Of a stretch of DNA of 64,000 bases, positions 1 to 11,662 are shown piece after piece; position 1 is the stretch's first letter, and each line of letters begins with the position of its first letter. The stretch comes from the human T2T-CHM13v2.0 reference genome, Homo sapiens, in the NCBI RefSeq assembly GCF_009914755.1, contig NC_060938.1; one strand, written 5' to 3'. The notes below the pieces were generated by a model. The model was not told where the DNA came from, did not search any database, and was given only the letters and a program-made list of their open reading frames with translations. The translations under genes were made by a program, and so were the position numbers.

Positions 1-273
1 TCCCAACACTTTTGGAGGCCGAGGCAGGCGGATCATCTGAGGTCAGGTGTTCAAGACCAGCCTGGCCAACATGGTGAAACCCATCTCTACCAAGAAGTAC
101 AAAAATCAGCTGGGCATGGTGGCGCGTGCCTGTAGCTCCAGCTACTTGGGAGGCTGAGGTGGGAGAATCCCTTGAACCTGGGAGGCGGAGGTTGCTGTGA
201 GCCAAGATCACGCTACTTCACTCCAGCCTGGGCAATAGAGTGAGATCCTGTCTCAAACAACAACAACAACAAA
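1..273 (+). mobile_element. Alu (cut by window edge)
   Basis: Alu left-arm remainder, A-rich linker, right arm and (CAA)n tail. Confidence 0.95.
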
Positions 274-990
274 CCCAAGGAATGGATGTCCCCAAAAGGC
301 AACTCCAAAGACTTCTTCTGACAGAAGGTCTAGTGGTGTCATCTCACTTTCCACTGAAAATGGTAGCCCTTTCTTCTTGGAGAGGCCTAGTCCCAAAAGA
401 GAAACCTCCAAGAACCAGAAACTAAGTTTTTACACATGGACCTCAAAGAAGTCTTTCTTCTTTGCTTTGCCTTATTCTTTTGGAAACCTTGTGAAAAAGG
501 TAAGGAAGGGATTACCAACCAGTCAAGCAACATTGGGAAATGCCTTTATTCAGTCCCTACCCAACCACAAGTAGCCCTGGGGTTAGGCACATCTATGTTT
601 GATCTTATTTAGTCCTGACGGTGACCCTACACGGTAGGAATCACTACCCTCCCCTTTACCAAAGGGGATAATGAATCTCAGAGAAGAACCCGTGGCCCTG
701 GGATTTAAATCTAGCACTCTTTCCACCACCCCAGGCTGCCTATGTTATATGACTTTTATGGCTCTCAGTTTCCTAGATGGAAAATTAAGGGTCCTGGTCA
801 ACAGGGTGAAAAAAAAAAAGAAAGAAAATTAGGATGTTGTAATATGGAATGTCTAAGACCAATGTTCATTCAAACTCCATGATTCTACAAATATTATTCT
901 CTGCCATTAAAAAATGGAATTGAAGCATAGAAATGATCTTTGTTTATAGAGTCACAGAAGAAGTCAGGTGTAAGTGAGAGCCCTGCTTAC

Positions 991-1119
991 CCCATTTATG
1001 CCTAGTGTTCCATTACTGGAACACTAAGCTTATGGGAGTTATTTATATTCTACTGCTCAAAGTCATTGCTAAGTTCTAATTTTTCACACAAAAAAATTGC
1101 AACTTCTGGCATAAATGGG
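991..1119 (+). mobile_element. MER85, non-autonomous piggyBac (PGBD3-derived) MITE
   Basis: 12-bp TIRs CCCATTTATGCC/GGCATAAATGGG; TTAA on the right (1120-1123) and TTAC on the left (987-990); internal palindrome GTTCCATTACTGGAAC typical of MER85. Confidence 0.9.
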
Positions 1120-1388
1120 TTAAAACTAGGTCTCTGGGCTCCCTTCTCATTGAGCAATGGACAGTTGGGGAGGCGCCTGGTGTTAGAGACAACATATCTT
1201 TCAGTGCCTTTGTTTATTTAGCATCCAGGCAGTCTTACTGCCAGCAGCTTGTCCCTTGAAAAAAGTTTCAGCCTCTCCTCCTAGGCAAGCAGCAGCCTGA
1301 GACTCTGAGCCAGGCTGAGTTTTAGGAGCCATGGCTGGACATCTTGCTGGGGGAGGGCCAAACCACAGCATCCAAGAGCTGCCTTCCT

Positions 1389-1626
1389 GAGCCCTTACTA
1401 TGTGGTAAGCACTGTTCCAAGTGGGCAGGAACTCATTAAACCTTCATGACACTCCTATGGATTGGGTATTATCATACACACTCCATTTTAATGATGATGA
1501 AATTGAGCATGTAGAGGTTAAGTAACTTGCCCAAGGCCACACAGCTAGTAAGCATCGGAGACAGGATGCACACAGAGGCAGTCTAGTCCCAGAGTCCACA
1601 CTCTTTACCACTGTATTCTACTGCCT
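1389..1626 (-). mobile_element. MIR SINE
   Basis: MIR core AGAGGTTAAGTAACTTGCCCAAGGCCACACAGCTAGTAAG. Confidence 0.8.
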
Positions 1627-1860
1627 TGTATGATACATTAATCTTAAAAGACCAGACATGCGAAAACTGTGTAAATGGCCAATCTGAGACACCAACAGGG
1701 CCAGTGGGTCTGGAAGAATTATGGCTGGGCAGTGGAGTCTGAAAAGACCCCCTCTAGCTCTGAAACTCTGACCTGTGGGAAGAAGGAAAGGTAGAAGGAA
1801 TTTCTTTGCCCCAAAACAAGTTACTTAGGATGACTTTTTATTCTTTTTTTGCCCCCTAAC

Positions 1861-1998
1861 TTTTTAAAGTTTATTTTTTGTGGAGACAGAGTCTTGCTAT
1901 GTTGCCTAGGTTAGTCTCCAACTCCTGACCTCAAATGACCCTCCCACCTTGACTTCCCAAAGTGCTGAAATTACAGGTGTGAGCCACTGTGCCAGGCC
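1861..1998 (-). mobile_element. Alu left monomer (FLAM-like)
   Basis: Single Alu arm ending GAGCCACTGTGCCAGGCC, preceded by a T-rich tail. Confidence 0.85.
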
Positions 1999-2269
1999 AT
2001 GTAGGAAGAGCTTTTAAAAGGGTAACTGCTCCTGTGCCAGTGGAGTGGGATAGTCCCAGGGCACCAAGCTGATTTGATTAAGAGTTTCCGACAAAGGGAG
2101 GAAGGCTGGTTCCAATGGTTTTTATTTATTTATTTTTAACTATTATTTTTTAATTTTTCTTTTCAAGTTTCCAATGATCCAATTGTTTTTCTACCTGTCT
2201 CTTAACACCCCTCAAAACTCCCTTTTATGCTTATAATTATTTAGTTAATTAGCTAATTATTCATCCACC

Positions 2270-2385
2270 TAAGGACTGGGCCAGTCTTTCTCATCATTTC
2301 ATGATGCTGTGAGCCCTGCACATAGAAATAATCAAATATTTATTGAATGAATGAATGAATGAATGACTGAATGAAGGAATGAATA
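2270..2385 (+). mobile_element. L2 3' end with (TGAA)n tail
   Basis: AAATATTTATTGAATGAATGAATGAATG motif typical of L2 termini. Confidence 0.65.
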
Positions 2386-3929
2386 AAAATCCAACTCTGT
2401 GGTCTGAAATATACTCTCGTACACGGCAGGGCACAAACATAACAAGCTGGCATTTGAGGAAGTATTTGAAAGGAAAGGCTGGCTTTAAAAAGGAGGAAGG
2501 AGAGGATTAGGAAGGTGTATTTAAGAGATAGAGAAACGCTGGCGGGAGGAGATGGGTGGGGGAATCGTGGGCACAAAACCTGAAAGGAAGCCTGTGAACC
2601 TGGCCAGGGCTACCAAAGAAGCCCTTGTCCCAAGGTCCCCTCCAGAGGCCTTCTGACCGCCCTCAGCGCCCACCTCCCACCTCCAGCTCACCCCTGAGGC
2701 CAGCGCAGAGGTGTCTCCTCTTACAGGAGTGCATTCTAATTGCAAAATCATATCCTCGTTTTTTAAGGAGAGCCAATTCCTCCAGTTCCGAGTGTGGGGG
2801 CCTTTTCTGGTCTATGGGGACCTATTCTGGTCTCAGGGGGTGAGTTTCCAGGAGCCCAGGGACTCAGCGGGGAGGGCGGCTCTCTAGAAGGTACACTTTG
2901 GCTGACTTAGGGCAGGGTGCTGAGACATGCAGGTGTCAAAACCTGGCCCGGATTGCCTGGAGCTGGAAGAGCCTTCCAAGAAGTGAAAATCCCACCCCTC
3001 CCCCGCCTAGGCCCACACAACAGCCCAGTCATAGGGGCCTCCTTGGCTCCTCCCTACACCTCTCTCTACCACACCACCAAATTGTTGAGTGTAAGAGGAA
3101 ACGCTACCTCCCGCAGAAAACCTAAAGGGACTTTTTTTCCCCTTCAATAAACATTTGCTGAAATAACTTTTTATTGGTGGTTGTTTTAAAATGCATAGCA
3201 GAAAAAGAGTCCTGAGAATTATTTCCACCATAACTTTTGTTCAATGAGATCTGTGTCATCAGTGGGGACCTCAATTTCCTCATCTGTAAAATATGGCCTC
3301 TTCCTTGCTTTAATATTCTACAAGTTTGTGCTGCATAAGGTGTGACTGATAATTACATCTCTGCTCAACAAGCATCTGTTCAACAAGTATTCTTTAAGTG
3401 CCAAGAGCCCAGACTGCTTTCAACATTATCAGGGACACAAAAGAAATGATTTCCTTCCATTTTTATTTAAATAAATGCAATCATATATTTGGCACATTGA
3501 GTGCCAAACATAAGCTCAGCACATGGTAGGTGCTATAGGAGTTTAAAAATTTTAAGATACTGTCCCTACTGATAACTTCAAGCATGTTGGAATGATAATG
3601 CATATGTGAAATAAGGAGAAAAATTTTAAATGGCATATGATTAGATGTTAGAAGGGAAATGCTAGTTAAGGTCAGAAGAGGGAGAAATCCCTGTGGGTTT
3701 GACCCATCTGAGAAGGTGACAAAGTAGGGGACTTGAGCTGACTGAACCATAATGTTGATGGTTATGATGGTGATGGTGGTGGTGGTGACGAACACAGCCA
3801 AATGTATTGGGCTTGTGGCAGGTATTGATATGGTGCTTCATAAGATCGTATTTAATCTTCACATAAACCCTCTAATGTAGGCACCATTATTGTCCACATT
3901 TAACTGTTGAGGAAACTGAGGCCCAAACT

Positions 3930-4253
<324 letters not shown>

Positions 4254-4694
4254 TAACCAACCTATATAGCAACATCTTCTGGGAGTGGGAGACGGGGATG
4301 AAGAAGAAAGAAAAAAGTGGAGAAGGGTCTTCGGTTTTCCTAGAAGCAGCATTGTGTGAGTGCAAAGTGAAAACATCTTTGTAGTATAATATCTAATGCA
4401 TGTATTTTCAGATTAAACCCTCTCTTAAAAATAACTTGAGGCCTCTCTAGACTGTACATTTTTATAGCTATAATGTACTCTTTCAGATCTGAGCAAATAC
4501 CACAAACTCATCTCAGATCTTATCTCTGACAACCTGGTTTGACCTTCATGATAGTTGGGAAGCCTGTGTTAAAGGAGAAGGGATTTGAGGAGACTTGCGA
4601 TTTTGTGATTGTGCCTTTCTTTCTTTGATCTTCTAGGACACCTTTTGTCTCCTAACTCCTTTATCTCCTAAGACTGAGTTCTAGACTAGCTTCT

Positions 4695-5322
<628 letters not shown>

Positions 5323-6536
5323 TCACTCATTCATTCATTTATTAACCCAAGATTTATTTGTTAATCACCTATGATTTAAAATTTAATATGACTAAAACAT
5401 CATCTTTCATCTAAAAAAGTTTGATCAGGATTTACGATCCTGGTGTCAACTTCAGGAACCCCCTATATATGGATGACCTACACAATGACATCCTCAACCT
5501 GGGCCTTTTATCCTCTCTCCATGTGTTTTCAGGACACATTTTAAAACATAATATTCTGGAAGCAGAATGCATATGCATCGGGTTTTCCCTAAATCACTCG
5601 TGTCCTCATTTCCCCATTTTTTATGAATATTATTCATCTTCTTGGGCCTCTAGTCTGTCATCCTTTATGGGCAGGGATGATCTCTTCGTTTTTGCTTGGC
5701 CTCCTCAAATAGGGTGGCACGTGGTGCATGGCTCATAGCAAACTTCAAACAAGATTGTCTGACTAAGTCATTTAAATGACTAACTGAATCCTGAGCGGTG
5801 AGAAGGCACTCAGTACAGTTCTGTATTTAGTCTCGCAGAGGTTGAGTGGCATGTGATAGATGAGGCAAGAATAGCAAACCGATAAAATTCCATGGTGTCA
5901 GTTGAGCACTCCTTTATAAGCTTGACTTTGGGTCATTTTATTCACGTATTCTTCAGCATTCTTTTATTGACCATTGTCAGAAAACCTGACTCAAACCACC
6001 TTAGCAAGAAAGAGAAAGGCGCTATATTAACTCCAATACTGTGAAGTTCTAAGACCAATTCAGCATGTTTTCATGGCATATTAGAGATTCAGGAACTCAA
6101 ATGATAATCTCATGCCTATTTCTCTTTTTCCATGTCTTGGCTCTCTTTTACTCTCTGTGTTGGTTTCTTTCTCAGGTAGGCTTTTGTCACATGACAGAAA
6201 AAATGGCCATCCACAGCCACAAACTACCTTCATACACTGGTATTTTAAAGGAAAGGAACCCCTCTCTTCCTTGGTATTTAGATGTCAAATCTCAAGGAAC
6301 ACTCTAATTGGCCCTGTTTGAGTCATGTGCTCATCCCTGAACCAATCACTATGGCTTTGGATATGGACTACTGTAATTGGCCAATTCAGGTTGCACCCCT
6401 CACATCTGGATGGGGGCAATGACGCCCCTCCAGGGCCACAGGGAAGAGGGAGAGAAGTGGTTCTCCAAAGAAAGGAATGCTGAGAACAACATATATCAAC
6501 TATACTCCTCCTCTCCCTAAATCCACCTGCCCCAGC

Positions 6537-6988
6537 ATTTTTTTTAATAGAGATGGGATCTCACTGTATTGCCCGGGTTGCTCTTGAACTCCTGAGCTCA
6601 AACAATCCTCCTGCCTCAGCCTCCCAAAGTGCTAGGGTTACAGGTATAAGCCACCATACCTGGTCTTTTTTTTTTTTTTTTTTTTTTTTGAGACAGGGTG
6701 GTCTCACTCTGTCACCTAGGTTGGAGTGCTGTGGAGTGGTCACAGCTCACTGTAACTTCAGACCTTCAGACTCCTGGGCTCAAGCCATCCTCCTGCCTCA
6801 CCTTCCCAAATAGCTGGACTATGGGCACATGTCACCATGCCCCATTTTTTTGTTTTTTGTTTTTAATAAGTTTTGTTTTGTTTTGTTTTTGTTTTTGTAG
6901 AGACAGGGTGTTGCTATGTTTCCTAGGCTGGCTTCCTACCTTGGCCAGCTAAAGTGCTAGATACAAGTGTGAGCCACCACACTCAGCC
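6537..6988 (-). mobile_element. Tandem Alu monomer (6537-6665) plus AluJ-like element (6666-6988)
   Basis: Diverged Alu arms separated by poly-T. Confidence 0.85.
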
Positions 6989-7767
6989 TGCTCCAGCATT
7001 TTAACCAGAGAAGTTACCATTTCTTCATCCTCCAAAAACTTTATTGTGTTAGGAGATTAAAGAGAAGACACTAGGCTTTTCCAAGAGATGGCTGCATTTG
7101 TATGGATGCTGATTTATTCTTAAACCTTTAGACATATTTTATAACATTCTCATTGGTGGTCATTGGAAGAGAAGCCTTCCCATTCCTAGCTCACAAGTTT
7201 TCTTCTCAAATATTTTAGCCTTGAATATTTATATAGACACACACATCTATATATATGTATATTCATATATATATATAAATGCTTCAAAATGTTAAATTAG
7301 ACATCCCCCCGCCCCCCTTCCCAAGTCACTACCACTCCAGGGAAGAGCTTGGGAGGCTTGTTTCTCCTGGTGGGTGTTTGATTGATGGAGGGAAGAGCAA
7401 CAGGAAGAAATCACCATAAACAGGTTTATGTAATTTGCAGACTACAATAACAGCTAGTTTCAACTTCATGTTTGATTTCATGATACCATCCTGCTTTTCA
7501 TTGTAAGAATTCTGCATGTCATAAGTTTTTGTCTCAAGCAGAGCAAAACATTTGTTTTTGAAAACTGTGTGATAACTCCACGGATCACCAGGGACATCTG
7601 AAAGACTGATATTGAGATTGGCTTTATCTTTACCAGGACTTGCAAAATCAAATGCCCCCAAGGGCTAGGCAGGCTGGGTGGAGACTGTCAAACTGGGTGT
7701 TTAAGTCCCATTTCAAGGGGCAGCTTCTAATGGGCTCCAGCCTATTGTTGCCATAAGGAAGCGCGTG

Positions 7768-8170
7768 CCGTGGCAGATATTAATTGTTTGCTATTTTCTG
7801 GTTCCTTTCTCCTCCATGGTCCATGGGAGGACTGAGATTCCTTGCATCTTTGAAATTAAGGATGGCCATGTGACTTGCTTTGGCCAATGAAACGTAAGCT
7901 AAAGTGATGTATGTCACTTCAGGAGGAAAGATTTCACTGCTAGTGTTCGGCCCTCTCTACTTCTTTTTCTCTGCCATGGTGGCTGTAAATGCACTTGTTG
8001 ATATGAAGGTATAAATACTGAGGCATCATCTATAAGACAGCTGCCCTGGAGAATCACCTCAATCCACAGTTGTCTTGTGTGAGTGGGAAGTAGCCTTTCT
8101 TTTGTTAAGCCAATGAGTTTGGGGGGATATTTGTTACTGCAGCAAAACCTAGCTTATCCTGACTATTACA
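7768..8170 (+). mobile_element. MaLR solo LTR (MLT1H/I/J-like)
   Basis: GGCCATGTGACTTGCTTTGGCCAATGAAA and terminal TTTGTTACTGCAGCA...CCTGACTATTACA motifs. Confidence 0.7.
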
Positions 8171-8275
8171 TATGCCCAATGTTGCCTGACTTTGATATTT
8201 TTAAAAGAGAAGTTTGAAATCTAGATTTTTTTATATGAAATCTTTGCTATATTAAAAAAATATTTTTTTCTACAA

Positions 8276-8400
8276 TTATTTTTTTGAGATGGGGGTCTTG
8301 CTATGTTGCCTAGGCCAGACTTGAACTCCTGGGCTCAAATGATCCTTCTGCTTCAGTCTCCTGAGTAGCTGGGACTACAGGTGAGCACCACCATGCCTGT
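8276..8400 (-). mobile_element. Alu monomer
   Basis: GAGATGGGGGTCTTGCTATGTTGCC...GTAGCTGGGACTACAGG. Confidence 0.8.
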
Positions 8401-8895
8401 CTTTTTTAGAAAAACAAATTTAAGGTTGAAGCCAGAAAAGCCAGATTTTCAGCCTGCCAGCTACGCGTTTGCAATTTTGGTCTATACAATTTGAGTAGAG
8501 ACTGGAGCAGCAATCCTGTCTGAACTCCTACAGTGCTTATAGCCTGTGTCGCATCATTAGCTCTTAGCTACTCTTTGTCTTGCTATTCATTAGTTTGTAA
8601 ATCATTTTTCCTAATTAGATGGGACATAGAACAGGTGAGAAATCATGTCTTAAACTTTGTGTACCTTAAAGGTGCACAATAGGTTTTCAGTATATACTAG
8701 GATAAAGACTAATTGATTGGCTGATTACTCAGAACTATCACTTTCTCCTTTGATTTTGGAGGAGCAGGTCTGGGGAATTCATTATTTTACCTCACCATTT
8801 CAGTTTTCCCCTCTTTACAAAGAGCTCGGGATTCATCAATCTCCATTAAACTTCAAAATGAAATAGTCCACATAAGTCAGAGATGCAAAACCCAC

Positions 8896-9360
8896 TGTAT
8901 TAATTAGGACTTTTCTAATTGCAAGTAATAGGAAACCCAAATTCAAACTGCCTTGGGTAAGACATAATTTACTGATTCCTATAGCTAAAACCTGCAGAGG
9001 TCAGGATGATGTCAGGCATGACTGAATTCAGGAACTCAGGCAATGTCATTGGAACTTGATCTGTCTTTCCCTCCGTGGCTTGGCTCTACTTTTCCTCCCA
9101 TTAGCTTCACTCTCAGTAGTTCCCTTTCACGTGGGGCTTCTGGCAGCTTCTCTTTCCAGCAGATCCACAAAATTCCCAGTCTTGTGAGATTTTCTTGGGA
9201 TATGTGACGATCTCTCAATCAGCCCATTGACTAGGGCTGGGCGTGTTAATCAGGACTTTTCTAGTTGTGATAGGAAACTTAAATTCAAACTGCCTTAGGC
9301 TGAGTCACTTGTCTGTCCCTAAGAGCCAGTGGTAAATCAGCTCCATCCAGCATCCAATGT
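8896..9360 (-). mobile_element. Old MaLR-like LTR relic (MLT1K/L-like); related relic near 5960-6480
   Basis: TGTATTAATTAGGACT...GCAAGTAATAGGAAACCCAAATTCAAACTG terminus; family assigned by eye. Confidence 0.45.
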
Positions 9361-11334
9361 CTGCATAAAGGACCCAGTTTATGGCTTCTCCCTCTAGCCA
9401 CTCCCAGAGGCAGTGACTACGTAGAGGGGCCTAGTAGGGAGTATGTGGCGGAAGGGAGGCCTTGAAGCTGTGTTCTTATAGCGTCCTATATGAAACTGAA
9501 AAGCATCAATAGCAAATAACAGAGAAGATCTAATGGAGATTATAGAGAGGTAGAGGGGACTAAAGGCCTCCCAAGTCACCCCTTGGTGCCACCCCTGTAA
9601 CATATTTAATTTGTGGGGGAAGCAAAGGCCCAGTAGGACTGCTGGTGGCCCAGCCACAGTCCAAAACAGGCCCTAGAGAGGACGCGCTCTAACCACACAC
9701 CCTAATTATTAGTCCCTGAATATAGATCAGTTTAGTTTATCCAAAGCCCCAGCTGAAGACACATCAAGTACTATTGCCTCTGTTCCATGTTTTGTTCCAT
9801 ATAAACATCCAGACACAGGTCTCATGGGAGAAACATCATGAGGCAGTTTCACAGTCCCTGGCTTTGATCTTTACGCTGTAGTAAAGGTGTCATTGGCCTT
9901 TCTGGGGCGAAGAGTCATGCTCTTCCACAAGAGTATCAAATTACTGCTCATTTTCCAATGTATATTCTTTCAGGGCCTTGCTTTCTTCTTACCTGCCCAC
10001 ACCAATGCTGTGAGGGAGACTGCTGATGGCGAAGGTGAAAATGGTCAGGCAATGTCATTGGGACTTGGTCTGTCTCTCCTTCCATTAGCCCACTTCTTTT
10101 ATCCAGAAAGATTTCACTGCACTGGGGAAATAAGGAGAATAAAGTCTCATGCACTCACTCACATGAGAGAGACATGCATGTTCGGGTTTGCTCAATGGCA
10201 CCCATCTGTCTCAAGTCTTGTTGTTTCTTTCACTCTGAGCATCTGCACTCCAAGAAGGCATGAACTTTTTCTTTCACTTCCTTTCTTCTATGGGTGATGA
10301 CCTGACATCACTCTCAGAAGGAGGCCGAAAGTCGCTGAGTATAAAAATCGTCACTCCTATCTGGCTTAGGCAGAAGGTAGGGGGCTCGATGGGTACCCAG
10401 GAGCTCTGGAGGTAGGAGATGCCATCTAGGGAACCCCGTTCTACCTGAGGGCTCTGTGTCTCTGCCTTTGTATACTGGAGGGCACCATGGATGTCGCCTT
10501 CCCTCTGGAGTCCCCTTCACCATTTCCTCTCTAGAAGGATGGAAGGTGGGAGTGGGGTTGGCTATTGAAGCTGGAACGGGGAAGAAGGCCACTTGGGGTC
10601 TGCTGAGGGCTGGGTCTGCTCACTGCTGTGTCCGGAGTGGAAAGGAGAAGCCCGCTGGAGCAGGGTACAAGCCCAAGGGTCAAACTGCGCCAGCAGTAGA
10701 GCAAGCCGCGGTCTCAGGCTGCAGCCCTAGCAGAGGTCAGGCTGGTGCAGCCAGCCGTCTCGGGGCCTAAGGGCGCTGGCGGGGGCCGGTGGGTAGGGGT
10801 AGGAGTCCCCAAATGCCTTCATCTCAGCCCATCCTTCTCCACCGAAAAATAAAGCAGGCTGGCGAGATCGCCTCCTCACCCGCTCAGTCCTGAAGTGTCC
10901 AAGGATGAAACTGTGCGGAAATTCTCCCTGTCGCTCTCAGTTTGTGGGGGAAGCGCCGGGACTGAGGTACATGGTTAACACAGGCTGTGCGTGAAGGGGC
11001 TTTTGACTTTTCCCCCGGCTCCGGCCTCTCGCGTCTCTCTCCTAGGGCTGCGGCTGCTGCTGCCTGGCGGGCACAAGCCGGGCGGCGGTGCGCGGGGGGT
11101 GCGCTTACATAACCGCTCGCCGCGTCCTGCTTTCTCGAGCGCTCCTGCACCGTGGGGTGGCGGAGCCGGGGGACTGCATGGAACCCGGGACGCCCCCGCG
11201 GGGAGAGGAGCGCGAGCGGCCGCGGGAGGAGGGCGCCCAAGGCGGCGGGGGAGGTTAAGGTCAGTGGGTGTGAAGCGCCGGCTCCACACCCCCTCCTCCC
11301 CGGTCCCCTCCTTCCCTTCCTCTCCGTCCCCCTC

Positions 11335-11342
11335 TGACGTCT
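11335..11342 (+). promoter_or_regulatory. CRE-like site TGACGTCT
   Basis: 7/8 match to TGACGTCA, ~65 bp upstream of the TATA box. Confidence 0.6.
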
Positions 11343-11401
11343 GGAGCTGGCAGCTCGGCCGGTTCCGCATTCCCGACCCCTCCCCGCCGCCCAGGGGCCG
11401 C

Positions 11402-11408
11402 TATATAG
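11402..11408 (+). promoter_or_regulatory. TATA box (TATATAG)
   Basis: Isolated AT hexamer in a GC-rich island; predicts a TSS near 11430. Confidence 0.7.
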
Positions 11409-11415
11409 CCGGGGC

Positions 11416-11424
11416 TGATGCAAC
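11416..11424 (+). promoter_or_regulatory. C/EBP-ATF response element (CARE/AARE) TGATGCAAC
   Basis: Matches consensus TGATGXAAX; lies immediately 3' of the TATA box. Confidence 0.75.
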
Positions 11425-11429
11425 CCGTC

Positions 11430-11662
11430 CCGCCGCCCGCCACAGCCTGCGGGAGGGACGCTCGGCGGCCGCGACGGGGGGCGCTGGCGGCGGCGGACGC
11501 TGCAGCGGCGGCGGGGCTGGCGCCGCGGCGGCTCCCGGGCCGGGACAGGCCTGGGCACCGGGCGGAGCTCCGCGGCCGGGCGGCAGCGGCGCGGAGCGGG
11601 CACGGCGCCTGCAGCCGGGCCCCGGCCCCGGGGGCGCCGCCTCCCCCCGCACCTTCTGCACG
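11430..11662 (+). other. JDP2: JDP2 non-coding first exon (5' end approximate)
   Basis: Downstream of the TATA box; donor ACG|GTGGGT at 11662/11663 followed by intronic G-runs. Confidence 0.7.
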
